Assembly (NCBI GenBank): GCA_942493095.1
Contig: OW818675.1
Location: 30,001-62,000 of the forward strand
Source: Candidatus Electronema halotolerans
Lineage (GTDB): Bacteria; Desulfobacterota; Desulfobulbia; Desulfobulbales; Desulfobulbaceae
Length of the DNA: 32,000 nucleotides
Reading direction: 5' to 3'
The position numbers and the translations under genes are program-made. Shown piece after piece: positions 9,506 to 18,848 of the stretch; position 1 is the stretch's first letter; the number at the start of each line of letters is the position of its first letter. A model generated the notes under the pieces. It ran no database searches, was not told where the DNA came from, and saw only the letters and a list, made by a program, of their open reading frames with translations.

Positions 9506-9599
9506 ACGGCAACTCCCCTGCATTGCTGAAAAGAGATAGATTTTGCTTGGCGCAGAATTCTACCACCTCTGCCCGGCTGACGCAACACAGGGCAGAGAC

Positions 9600-9631
9600 A
9601 AAAAAAGGGAGAGCAGCTTGCCTGCCCTCCC
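9600..9631 (-). terminator. Rho-independent terminator downstream of dnaK
   Basis: Minus strand GGGAGGGCAG-gcaag-CTGCTCTCCC followed by TTTTTTT: 10-bp stem with one G-U pair. Confidence 0.85.
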
Positions 9632-9665
9632 CTTGCTCATCCTTTGCTGCTGTGGAGTGAAAGCC

Positions 9666-11582
9666 TTACTTCACTTCCTCGAAGTCAGCATCCACAACAT
9701 CATCATCATCTTTCTTGCCGCCGCTGGAAGTTCCGCCTGTCGCGCCTGCCCCTGCATCAGCACCGGGCGCACCCTGCGAAGCCTGCGCATACATCAGCTC
9801 GGCCAGCTTGTGGGAAGCATTGGTCAGGGATTCAGTCGCGGCCTTAATTGCCTCCGCGTCATCACCCTCCAAGGCCTTTTTCACCTTCTCAATTTCCTGC
9901 TCCACCGTGCTCTTGGTCGCAGCATCAACCTTGTCGCCCAAGTCCTTGAGGCTCTTCTCAGCCATGTGAATCATCGAATCCGCATGGTTGCGGGCCTCGA
10001 CCAGCTCCTTGCGCTTCTTGTCCTCGTCGGCATGAAGTTCCGCATCCTTTTTCATCTGCTCAATCTCAGCCTCGCTCAGGCCGGAGGAAGCGGTGATACG
10101 GATCGACTGCTCCTTGCCTGTGCCCATGTCTTTGGCCGAGACATGAAGAATGCCGTTCGCATCCAAGTCAAAGGTGACTTCGATCTGCGGCACGCCACGC
10201 GGCGCAGGCGGAATCTCGGATAGCTCAAAGCGGCCAATGGTCTTGTTGTTTGAGGCCATCTCGCGTTCGCCTTGGAGAACGTGGATGGAGACCGCAGGCT
10301 GATTGTCCGCAGCTGTGGAGAAGATTTGGCTTTTCTTGGTCGGCACTGTGGTGTTCTTCTCAATCAGCTTGGTCATGACCCCGCCCAAGGTCTCAATGCC
10401 CAGAGACAGCGGCGTGACATCGAGCAGAAGCACATCCTTGACATCGCCCTTGAGCACGCCGCCCTGAATTGCCGCGCCCACGGCCACGACCTCGTCCGGG
10501 TTCACGCCTTTGTGCGGATCTTTGCCGAAGATTTGTTTGACTTTTTCCTGCACCTTGGGCATCCGGGTCATGCCGCCGACCAGAATCACCTCGTCGATCT
10601 TGGACGGGTCAAGTCCGGCATCTTTGAGCGCAGTGCGGCACGGGCCTTCGCAGCGGTCGATCAGGTCAGCAACCAAGGCTTCCAGTTTGGCGCGGGAGAG
10701 CTTGATGTTCAGATGCTTTGGCCCAGTCGCATCCGCAGTGATGAAGGGCAGATTGATGTCGGTCTCCTTGGACGAGGACAGCTCTTTCTTGGCCTTTTCC
10801 GCCTCTTCCTTGAGCCGCTGGAGAGCCATCTTGTCATTGCGCAGATCAATGCCGTTCTCGCGCTTGAACTCGTCCGCCAGCCAGTTGACAATGCGCATGT
10901 CAAAGTCTTCGCCGCCAAGGAAGGTGTCGCCGTTGGTGGATTTGACCTCAAACACGCCGTCGCCGATCTCCAGAATGGACACGTCAAAGGTGCCGCCGCC
11001 CAAGTCAAAGACTGCCACTTTCTCCTCGCCCTTCTTGTCAAGACCATAAGCAAGAGCGGCGGCGGTCGGCTCATTGATGATCCGCTGCACATTCAGACCA
11101 GCAATCTTGCCTGCGTCCTTGGTGGCCTGCCGCTGCGCGTCGTTGAAATAGGCTGGCACGGTCACGACCGCATCAGTGACAGTCTCGCCAAGATATTCCT
11201 CAGCCGTCTTCTTCATCTTGCCAAGAATCATGGCGGAAATCTCAGCGGCAGAATAGCTCTTGCCCTCCGCCTCCACCACGGCATCGCCGTTCGAGGCTTG
11301 GGTGATCGTGAACGGACTCAGCTCAATCGATTTCTTGACTTCCGGGTCAGTGAACTTGCGCCCGATCAGCCGCTTGATGGCGAACAGGGTCTTGGTTGGA
11401 TTAGTGACTGCTTGCCGCTTGGCAACCTGCCCGACCAGCCGCTCGCCGCTGTCGGAAAAAGCGACAATGGACGGGGTGGTGCGGTTGCCTTCGCTGTTTT
11501 CGATAACCTTGGGGTCGCCCCCTTCCATGATGGCCACGCACGAATTGGTGGTGCCAAGGTCAATGCCGATGATCTTACCCAT
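9666..11582 (-). CDS. dnaK: Molecular chaperone DnaK
   Basis: [58 protein letters not shown]-terminal DADFEEVK. Confidence 0.99.
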   Translation of the reverse strand: MGKIIGIDLGTTNSCVAIMEGGDPKVIENSEGNRTTPSIVAFSDSGERLVGQVAKRQAVTNPTKTLFAIKRLIGRKFTDPEVKKSIELSPFTITQASNGDAVVEAEGKSYSAAEISAMILGKMKKTAEEYLGETVTDAVVTVPAYFNDAQRQATKDAGKIAGLNVQRIINEPTAAALAYGLDKKGEEKVAVFDLGGGTFDVSILEIGDGVFEVKSTNGDTFLGGEDFDMRIVNWLADEFKRENGIDLRNDKMALQRLKEEAEKAKKELSSSKETDINLPFITADATGPKHLNIKLSRAKLEALVADLIDRCEGPCRTALKDAGLDPSKIDEVILVGGMTRMPKVQEKVKQIFGKDPHKGVNPDEVVAVGAAIQGGVLKGDVKDVLLLDVTPLSLGIETLGGVMTKLIEKNTTVPTKKSQIFSTAADNQPAVSIHVLQGEREMASNNKTIGRFELSEIPPAPRGVPQIEVTFDLDANGILHVSAKDMGTGKEQSIRITASSGLSEAEIEQMKKDAELHADEDKKRKELVEARNHADSMIHMAEKSLKDLGDKVDAATKSTVEQEIEKVKKALEGDDAEAIKAATESLTNASHKLAELMYAQASQGAPGADAGAGATGGTSSGGKKDDDDVVDADFEEVK

Positions 11583-11688
11583 GATATATCTCCTTAAATT
11601 GGTTGTCGTGCATAATGATTCAATGCTGCGCCGCCGTTATAAACAATGCGCATAAAAACGGCCTTGTCAAGAGGATTTGCTGCGCAGT

Positions 11689-12309
11689 TTATTCTTTTTT
11701 GGCCGGGCCGCTTGACACCACCACTTGCGCATGACGGAGCATCCGGTCTTTGAACAGATAGCCCTTGGCAAACTCGCGCAGCACATGGTTAGCCGGAATC
11801 TCTTCGCTGACCTCCATAGTCAGGGCATCCATCTGCTCGGCATCAAAAGGCTGGCCCACAGAATCCAAGGCAGTCACTTCAAAACGTTCCAACATGGTTT
11901 CCAAGCCTTTCTTGGTCAGCTCGACACCAGTCATCAAGGCGGCCAGCTTCTGCTCCGGGTCGCCGCCCTCCACACTGCCCTGCTCCAAGGCGCGGTCAAG
12001 ATTGTCCGCAGTGGTCAGCAGCTCGCGGAGAATGTTCTCGCCCGCATACTTGCGCAGCTTCTCCTGTTCGCGCTCCATGCGCTTCTTGGAGTTCTCCGCC
12101 TCAGCGGCAAAACGGACCGTCTGATCCAGCTTGGCGCGCAACTCCTCCACTTCCTGCGTCAACGCCTCAATCTCCGACTTCTGCTCCTCAGCCGCCTCTT
12201 CCGGCTCCAACTGCGCTACAGGGGCAGCCGCAGCTTCTGCGGCCTGCTGCTCCTGCACATCCTCTGCTGCCATCTCGTTCTCATTCTCAAGAATTTTTTC
12301 TTCAGCCAC
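11689..12309 (-). CDS. grpE: Nucleotide exchange factor GrpE
   Basis: RFAAEAENSKKRMEREQEKLRKYAGENILRELLTTADNLDRAL and HNQ-like C-terminus YLFKDRMLRHAQVVVS. GTG start at 12309 with GGAGAAG upstream. Confidence 0.93.
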   Translation of the reverse strand: MAEEKILENENEMAAEDVQEQQAAEAAAAPVAQLEPEEAAEEQKSEIEALTQEVEELRAKLDQTVRFAAEAENSKKRMEREQEKLRKYAGENILRELLTTADNLDRALEQGSVEGGDPEQKLAALMTGVELTKKGLETMLERFEVTALDSVGQPFDAEQMDALTMEVSEEIPANHVLREFAKGYLFKDRMLRHAQVVVSSGPAKKE

Positions 12310-12493
12310 GTATCTTCTCCCTCGTCTGAGCGGTTTCCGTACAATGAACAAAAACTGAATCTGTGGGGGCAACAGTAAGTATGTCACCTGCCGGTGTCAA
12401 GGGCGGAATGCAGCAGGAAGACGTTGCCGGGCAGGCGGAAAACCGGGTACAAAGAAGACAACGATGTTTCCTTCACGTTGTTGCGAGCTGATC

Positions 12494-13648
12494 ATGAAAA
12501 CCTACTTCGCCTCTCCTGAGCGGGCTGCCGAGCAAGAGCTGGCCGCAGCCGTTGCTTTTGCCAGCAAAAATCCAATCATAAGCGGCCTGCTCTCCTCAGT
12601 CGGCGGCTTGCTGGCGGTTTTGGATGAGCACCGCCAGATTGTCGCCCTCAATGATGAATTCCTGCAAATGCTGGGCGTTGCTGATCCTGCCGCAGTGCTG
12701 GGACTGCGTCCGGGCGAGGCCCTGCACTGCATTCATGCGCATGAGGAGCCGGGCGGCTGCGGCACCTCCAAATTCTGCTCCAGCTGCGGCGCGGCCATCG
12801 CCATTGTCTCCAGTCTGGCCGAGGACGCGCCCAAGGAACGGCTCTGCGCGCTCTCAGCCATGCCGGGTGACAAGGTCATGGATGCGGCCCTCTTGGTCAG
12901 AGCGCGGCCCTTCCACATTGAGGGGCAACGCTTTCTCCTCCTCTTTGTTCAGGATGTGACCAAGCAGGAGCAGCGGGCCGCCTTGGAGCGCAGCTTTTTT
13001 TACGACATCAATAACATGCTCGGCCTGCTGGCCGGAACTGCCGAGCTGCTGGCTCAGGACGGCGGCCAGCACCCCGGCCTGAGCGAGACCCTGCACCGCA
13101 CCTCCATGCGCCTGGCCAAAGAGGTGGCCGTGCATCGCTGCCTGCTGCAGGAGCAGGGCGAAATTATTCAGCCCATGCTGACAGATGTGAGCGTGCAAGC
13201 CGTCTGCGATGAACTGCGCTCATTTTTCGCCAGTCACATCGTGGTCTGTCAGCAGAAGATCACCTTTCCTGAGCAAGTGCCGGAGCTGGTTCTGCGCACA
13301 GACCCGTCCCTGCTCCTGCGGGTGCTCTGCACCATGATCACCAATGCTTTGGAAGCCTCGATTGCCGGGCCGGAAAAACAGGTGCGGGTCTGGCTGGAGC
13401 AGACAGCGGACCAACTTGTCTTCTGCGTTTGGAATGCGCAGGTCATTCCCCCGGAGACGGCCTGTAGGATATATCAGCTCTATTTCAGCACCAAGGGCGA
13501 GCCGGGCCGGGGCATTGGCACCTATTCCATGAAGCTGATCGGCGAAAAAATTCTGGGCGGCAAAGTGAGCTTCTCCAGCTCTGAAGCAGAGGGCACGGTT
13601 TTCCGTTTCGCGGTGCCGAAAATGTCGGCGGGCGGGATAATCGTCTGA
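12494..13648 (+). CDS. PAS-domain sensor protein with histidine-kinase-like ATPase domain
   Basis: PAS-like N-terminus (GGLLAVLDEHRQIVALNDEFLQMLG), ITNALEAS N-box, YFSTKGEPGRGIGTYSMKLIGEKILGGKVSFSSSEAEGTVFRFAVP. Confidence 0.85.
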   Translation: MKTYFASPERAAEQELAAAVAFASKNPIISGLLSSVGGLLAVLDEHRQIVALNDEFLQMLGVADPAAVLGLRPGEALHCIHAHEEPGGCGTSKFCSSCGAAIAIVSSLAEDAPKERLCALSAMPGDKVMDAALLVRARPFHIEGQRFLLLFVQDVTKQEQRAALERSFFYDINNMLGLLAGTAELLAQDGGQHPGLSETLHRTSMRLAKEVAVHRCLLQEQGEIIQPMLTDVSVQAVCDELRSFFASHIVVCQQKITFPEQVPELVLRTDPSLLLRVLCTMITNALEASIAGPEKQVRVWLEQTADQLVFCVWNAQVIPPETACRIYQLYFSTKGEPGRGIGTYSMKLIGEKILGGKVSFSSSEAEGTVFRFAVPKMSAGGIIV

Positions 13649-13889
13649 CATTCAAATCATTATGAAGACAGGCGGTGCGGCTGCAGGCCCTGACGGCTTT
13701 TTTGCCTCCTATGTCACCGCCCAAGTTCAAAAATTTGAAAAATGCGGCTCGACCGCAATTTTGCCTTGCGAAATCAATGAAGAAACTATATTATTCCAGA
13801 GTGGGAATTATTTAATCATTCCTGCCGCAGCAAATTTTTTTGACCGGCGGCAGGCAAACGGAAAGAAAGAAGAATGGAGGACAGAAACG

Positions 13890-14864
13890 ATGAAGCTTAA
13901 AGTGCTGCTGCAAGCTGCTGTGCTGCTGGTCTTCTCTGTGTGCGCCGCACAGGCAATCACAGTGACCAATGTGGGGCGCAATCCCTTTTATCAGCCGCCG
14001 CTCAATTCAGTCAATGATCTGCACTACATGATGCAGGATGCGCGGGGAGACATCAGAGACGGCCTCTATCAGGCAGGCTATCCTGAACTGTATCAGCCCT
14101 TGATGGCCCAGTTCAATCAAGCTGATGTCAGACAGGTCAATTACATGCCTGGCCAGACTTTTGTCTGGATGCTCTCCAAAGACAGGAGATACAGCGCAGT
14201 CAGGGTCGTGCAGGACATGACTTGGGGCGGCTCAAGACGGCTGCCCGCCTATGAGTTCTGCGTCTATAAAGATGGGATGCGCTATGTTTTTGCCGTGCCT
14301 TTGGTCTGCGGCAACTTGGCCCTCAAGGAAATCACTCCTATTGACAGAGGCGGCAAAATAGGCGGCGGCAAAATGGGCGGCTGCTTCGGCTTTGGCCTTG
14401 GCTGCATGCCGCTGCGCTTTGTTGCTGATGCCGGTTATCTGCACATGTCTGATCCGGCTGACTTTCTCCTGCTCCGGGCAGGCATTGAGTCGCCCATCAA
14501 CAACAGACTGTCCCTGCTGGCCATGGTCGGCGGCGCGCCGCATCTGTCCGGCGTGGATGGCACAGATGCCTTCCTGGTGGATTTCCTGCTCCAGTACGAC
14601 TGGTTCCGCTTCATGCTCGGCAACCAGTGGTCAGATGCCTTTGTCGGCGTGGGCGTGGGCGGCTGGATCAGCACCGACGGCGACGATGACTTGGAGGATC
14701 AGGACACGGATGTGGATATCATCGCCAACATTGGTGCCCGCATTGCCGGACAGCCGGACGGCTTCAACACCTCGCTCTTTTTCGAGGCCCGCAGCGGCGT
14801 GGATGAATTTGACAGCTTGGGTGAGTACGGACGATTTGGCGCAGGTCTGCGCTTCCGTTTCTAA
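13890..14864 (+). CDS. Hypothetical exported, probable outer-membrane-associated protein
   Basis: Signal peptide MKLKVLLQAAVLLVFSVCAAQA; alternating aromatic C-terminus ending in GLRFRF, as in beta-barrel proteins. RBS GGAGG upstream of ATG at 13890. Confidence 0.7.
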   Translation: MKLKVLLQAAVLLVFSVCAAQAITVTNVGRNPFYQPPLNSVNDLHYMMQDARGDIRDGLYQAGYPELYQPLMAQFNQADVRQVNYMPGQTFVWMLSKDRRYSAVRVVQDMTWGGSRRLPAYEFCVYKDGMRYVFAVPLVCGNLALKEITPIDRGGKIGGGKMGGCFGFGLGCMPLRFVADAGYLHMSDPADFLLLRAGIESPINNRLSLLAMVGGAPHLSGVDGTDAFLVDFLLQYDWFRFMLGNQWSDAFVGVGVGGWISTDGDDDLEDQDTDVDIIANIGARIAGQPDGFNTSLFFEARSGVDEFDSLGEYGRFGAGLRFRF

Positions 14865-14875
14865 GCTGAAGAAAA

Positions 14876-14904
14876 ATTCATGCGCCTGAACACGGCGCAT
14901 GAAT
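14876..14904 (-). terminator. Hairpin terminator between convergent genes (T tract on minus strand)
   Basis: Perfect 11-bp inverted repeat ATTCATGCGCC/GGCGCATGAAT; on the minus strand followed by TTTTTC. Confidence 0.7.
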
Positions 14905-14924
14905 GAACCGGGCGGCAGATTCAG

Positions 14925-15965
14925 TCACAGGGCTGAGTCTGCCGCCTTGCTGTTTTCTGCTTCCGCGAGCAAAAACTGGCCCGGACAGAAGCGGTCGAGA
15001 AAGTGCATCCAGCCAAGCTGCTGCCGGACATGCTCTTCGAGCAGAGCGGCAAAGTGGTTGGTGCATTCGAGTACGCCTGCCATGTCCGGCAGGGGAGAGG
15101 TGATTTCTTGGCCAATAATGGCGGTGAACGGCGGTTCCGTGCCTGGCAGGATGAAGAGCGGCAGCAGGGCTGCGCCGGTCTTGCGGGCGAGAATGGCCGG
15201 GCCAAGTGGCAGGAGCACTGGCCGATCCAAAAAGGTGAAGCGATGCTGTTTGCCGAACTGCTCGGCAGTGCCGGAGCCATCGCCCGTGATCATGATCACC
15301 TGATTCTGCCGCAGGGCGGTGAAGACTGGACGGAGAAACGTGTCTGCCTTGATGATCTCGGCAGGCATTTTTTTTTCATAGCCCATCCGCAGCCGGAAGG
15401 CGACATGGCGGCCAATCCAGCTCAGGCCCTTGTCCGAGGGATTGCCGACCTGCTTCAGGGGATAGCCCATCAGGGCAAGGCCGGTCAGCGGCAGATGGGC
15501 CGGGCCGAAATGACCATGCACGAGCACCACGCCCTTGCCGCGCTGCAAGGCTGCGTCCAGATGCTCTATGCCGGAAACACGCAGATATTTGCCAATGTTG
15601 CCAGCATGAAACTTGGGAAAAATGATTGGGAAGAGCTGATCCACATAATGGTTGCGCAGATAGGCGCGGATAATCTCCTGATGCTGCGCGGCGGGAATGC
15701 CCATCAGCACCAGATTCTTTGTCAAAAGCCGCCGCTTGCCGCTTGCCGCCGCATAATGCAGATCACCCATGCTGCGCAGCACAGCAATGCCGAGATTGGC
15801 AGGCAGGAGCAGGAGCAGCCAGCGCAGTGGATACCAGACAAGAAGGCGCAGCAGATCGCGCCCCAAGGATTCATGGGTTTGCATGGATTCAAAAAAAAGA
15901 GGGAGTGGTGCTGGCAGGCAGACTCGTTCCGCCAAGGAAAAGGATGAGGACCGGTTCAGCGGCAA
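14925..15965 (-). CDS. Lysophospholipid/lipid A acyltransferase family protein (LpxL/HtrB-like)
   Basis: VSGIEHLDAALQRGKGVVLVHGHFGPAHL, MITGDGSGT, PVLLPLGPAILARKTGAALLPLFI. Confidence 0.85.
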   Translation of the reverse strand: MPLNRSSSFSLAERVCLPAPLPLFFESMQTHESLGRDLLRLLVWYPLRWLLLLLPANLGIAVLRSMGDLHYAAASGKRRLLTKNLVLMGIPAAQHQEIIRAYLRNHYVDQLFPIIFPKFHAGNIGKYLRVSGIEHLDAALQRGKGVVLVHGHFGPAHLPLTGLALMGYPLKQVGNPSDKGLSWIGRHVAFRLRMGYEKKMPAEIIKADTFLRPVFTALRQNQVIMITGDGSGTAEQFGKQHRFTFLDRPVLLPLGPAILARKTGAALLPLFILPGTEPPFTAIIGQEITSPLPDMAGVLECTNHFAALLEEHVRQQLGWMHFLDRFCPGQFLLAEAENSKAADSAL

Positions 15966-15974
15966 AGATGCGGA

Positions 15975-16271
15975 TCAGACAACAACGACTGAATTTTTTT
16001 CGCCAAACTCGTTCAGCACGTACTTGTCAGCCTCTGGATCGTTGATCCATGTCTGCCGATTGAGAATGTAGCGGAAGCTGTACTCTTTTCCTGTAGCCAA
16101 GGTGACGGTGACAGAAAAGCAGCCGCTCTTGAGCAGGCGCATCGGCGTGGCTGTGGTTGACCAGCCATTGAATTCACCAGCCAGCGCAGCCGTGCCAGCC
16201 TGCTCCAGATTTGGGCAGTGAAAGGTGACTCGGCATTTTTTCCCAGTGGCAGTGTAGTTTTTTATCAGCAT
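15975..16271 (-). CDS. Small CBM48/AMPK-type glycogen-binding-domain-like protein
   Basis: VTFHCPNLEQAGTAALAGEFNGWSTTATPMRLLKSGCFSVTVTLATGKEYSFRYILNRQTWINDPEADKYVLNEFGEKNSVVVV. Confidence 0.85.
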   Translation of the reverse strand: MLIKNYTATGKKCRVTFHCPNLEQAGTAALAGEFNGWSTTATPMRLLKSGCFSVTVTLATGKEYSFRYILNRQTWINDPEADKYVLNEFGEKNSVVVV

Positions 16272-16435
16272 TTTCTCCTCCTTTTCAGCTCTGCTGACAG
16301 CATGAAAAGTCTCCGCAGCAGCGGCAGACCGCCTCCTTTATTTATATGCGCATCTGCTGCCGTCTGCAAGGGAGAAATGCTTTTGCCGGCGGCACCAAGA
16401 CCCCGCCCGTGGACCCAAACAGCACCGGGCGGCAG

Positions 16436-17086
16436 TCAGGGTGCTACTTTGCCGAGCTGGGAGATTTTGCCGATGGCGACAACATGGTCGCCTTCCTGAA
16501 ACAGCTCATCCGCTCTGGGGATGTACTGATATTTTTTCTCGCCCTGCCGCCGCACCGCGATGACCTGAATGCCAAAACTGTTAGTCAAATTCAGCTCCTT
16601 GAGGCTCTTGCCTGCCCAGCGTTTGACTTCCAGCTCCTTGACGGCCATGGTTTTGTCAAACGACAGATACTCAATAAAACCGGGCATGGCGATCCGGCTG
16701 GCAATCTGCTTGGCAGCCATGTATTCAGGAATGACCACCTCATCCACGCCGATCTTGTAGAGCAGCTTTTCGTGGTCCTTGTTGATCGCCTTGGCCCAGA
16801 CCTTGGACACGCCCAGCTCTTTCAGATACATGGAGATCATGACGCTGGCCGCAATGGAGTCGCCGACGCTGACTAAGACATGCTCCAAGTCCTGAATGCG
16901 GATCTGCTCCAAGGCCTCGCGGCTCATGGCATCGGTCTGCACCACTTGGGTCAGAATATGCTGGGCATTCTTGACCTTGTCAGGATCAGTCTCCACGCCC
17001 AGCACCTCATGCCCCAAAGCCACCAAGCTCTGGCCGAATTTGAGGCCGAATTTGCCCAAGCCAACGATGCCAATCTGCAATTTCAT
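16436..17086 (-). CDS. trkA: Trk/Ktr potassium uptake regulatory subunit (TrkA/KtrA, RCK domains)
   Basis: IGIVGLGKFGLKFGQSLVALGHEVLGVETD Rossmann motif; C-terminal TrkA_C; adjacent to trkH. Confidence 0.92.
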   Translation of the reverse strand: MKLQIGIVGLGKFGLKFGQSLVALGHEVLGVETDPDKVKNAQHILTQVVQTDAMSREALEQIRIQDLEHVLVSVGDSIAASVMISMYLKELGVSKVWAKAINKDHEKLLYKIGVDEVVIPEYMAAKQIASRIAMPGFIEYLSFDKTMAVKELEVKRWAGKSLKELNLTNSFGIQVIAVRRQGEKKYQYIPRADELFQEGDHVVAIGKISQLGKVAP

Positions 17087-17103
17087 TGTGTTCCGCTCCG
17101 GGT

Positions 17104-18456
17104 TCAGCCGATGGAAAGTTTTTCTTCAGGCCGGGAAAATAACAATTTGGTGCCAAAGGACTGCACAGAACTCAACAGCACCAAGGGGCCGAGGCGGCCA
17201 ATGAACATCAGACAGATGATGACGATCTTGCCGCCTGAAGACAACGTCGGGGTCAGGTCCGCGCTCAGGCCCACAGTGCCAAAGGCCGAGACCACTTCAA
17301 AAAATATCGCCATGAATTTGTCGTGAGCAGCCCTGCCTTCAGTGAAATTCAAGGCGATCACACTGAAAAAAATAATCGCCACTGAGAAAAAGAGCAAGGT
17401 CAGGGCACTGTTGACCGATTCCTTATCTACAGCATATCTGCCGATCACGGTCTGATGGCGGCCTCTGGTCTGGGCTATGATGAAGGAATGCAGGACCCGG
17501 AAGGTGGTCACTTTGATGCCGCCGGCGCAGGAGCCAGGCGCGCCGCCAACAAACATCAGCAGGATCATGAAGAGCAGGGCGCCGTCGGTCATGGCGGCGA
17601 TGTTCAGAGTGTTGAAGCCAGCGGTCCTGCAGGTCACTGACTGAAAGAGCGAGGCTAAAAATGCCTTGTCCTGCGGCAGATAGGGTTTGAAAAAGATGAA
17701 TTCAGCAAAATAAATAAAAACTGTTCCAGCAGCGATGAGAAAGAGCGAGGTTTTCAGCACAATGCCGATATGCCAGCTGTCTTGGATGGGCATTCTGTTG
17801 CGGCGCAGTTTTCCCAGCAGAAAGGCTGCGCTTTCAATGATCACAGAAAAGCCCAGCCCGCCGAGAATGATCAGGAGCATGACAATCAGATTGATGGCCC
17901 AGCTGCCCTGCCAGCGCATCAGGTTATCAGAATTAAGGGAAAAACCGGCATTGCAGAAGGCGGAAATGGCATGAAACAGGGCGGAGAAGGGCGGAAAGCC
18001 CTGCGGATCGCTGTAAAAGAGGAGCAGCGCCCCGGACAGCTCAATCAACAGGGTGACTGCGGCAATCTGCACTAAAAAGCGGCCCAGATGAAAGCTGGCA
18101 TTGTTGAGCAGGCTCTGGCCGACGGCAATTTTGTCGGTCAGGGAGACCTTTTTTTTCAACAAATAAAAAGCCAGACTGGAAAAGGACATGATGCCCAACC
18201 CGCCCATCTGGATGAGCAGGAGGATGACAGCATGACCGGTGCGGCTGTAGGTGCTGCCAGTGTCAACCACGGTCAGGCCGGTGACGCAGACTGCTGAGGT
18301 GGCTGTGAAAAGCGCGTCGAGAAAAGAAACTCTGCCGGCCTGGCAGCTGAAAGAGCTGTGCAGGAGAATCGCTCCGCTCAGAATCGCAGCCATGAAGCAG
18401 AGGATGGGCAGCGATATGGGCGCGAAAATTTTCCTGATTTTTTTCTTCACATTCAT
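17104..18456 (-). CDS. trkH: Trk-type potassium uptake transmembrane subunit (TrkH/KtrB)
   Basis: TSAVCVTGLTVVDTGSTYS, ISAFCNAGFSL, QSVTCRTAGFNTLNI, VSAFGTVGLSADLTP selectivity-filter repeats in a multi-TM protein. Confidence 0.95.
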   Translation of the reverse strand: MNVKKKIRKIFAPISLPILCFMAAILSGAILLHSSFSCQAGRVSFLDALFTATSAVCVTGLTVVDTGSTYSRTGHAVILLLIQMGGLGIMSFSSLAFYLLKKKVSLTDKIAVGQSLLNNASFHLGRFLVQIAAVTLLIELSGALLLFYSDPQGFPPFSALFHAISAFCNAGFSLNSDNLMRWQGSWAINLIVMLLIILGGLGFSVIIESAAFLLGKLRRNRMPIQDSWHIGIVLKTSLFLIAAGTVFIYFAEFIFFKPYLPQDKAFLASLFQSVTCRTAGFNTLNIAAMTDGALLFMILLMFVGGAPGSCAGGIKVTTFRVLHSFIIAQTRGRHQTVIGRYAVDKESVNSALTLLFFSVAIIFFSVIALNFTEGRAAHDKFMAIFFEVVSAFGTVGLSADLTPTLSSGGKIVIICLMFIGRLGPLVLLSSVQSFGTKLLFSRPEEKLSIG

Positions 18457-18848
18457 TTGCTTCCTGTTTTGGCAATTCAGGCTTGGCCCATCATAGCAAA
18501 AAAGCCGCTTGCAGGAAACAGGTTTTCTGCTAAGGTAAGCACCTCGGCTCTGCTGCGCCGCCGGAGTGCTTTGTCAGTGTTCTGGCGACTCAACCAAGCC
18601 GGAATGTTATTTTTTCGTTGAACTGGATTCCTGTCAATGGAAAAGAATGGAAAATTCTGTCTGCCTTCTTGAAAATCTGATGTGCAGATAACTTTTGCGT
18701 GACACCTATGATGGACAAACGAATCCCGCGTTGCAGACTGACTGCCGCCAAGACCTTGTCTGAAGCAAAAAGAAAGCATTTCCAGCAGTCAGTTCCTCCA
18801 GAAAGATGTCAAAAAGGCAGCGATGCGCGGAACGGTGCAGGCAACATA

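Noticed and set aside
9543-10223. 226-aa plus-strand ORF over the dnaK 3' end
   Set aside because: Shadow ORF of the dnaK C-terminus and its terminator.
10272-11597. 441-aa plus-strand ORF opposite dnaK
   Set aside because: Exactly antisense to a strongly supported dnaK; low-complexity His/Asp/Leu-rich translation is typical of a shadow ORF in high-GC DNA.
15003-15947. 314-aa plus-strand ORF
   Set aside because: Antisense to the acyltransferase gene, which has recognisable motifs; the plus-strand translation resembles nothing.
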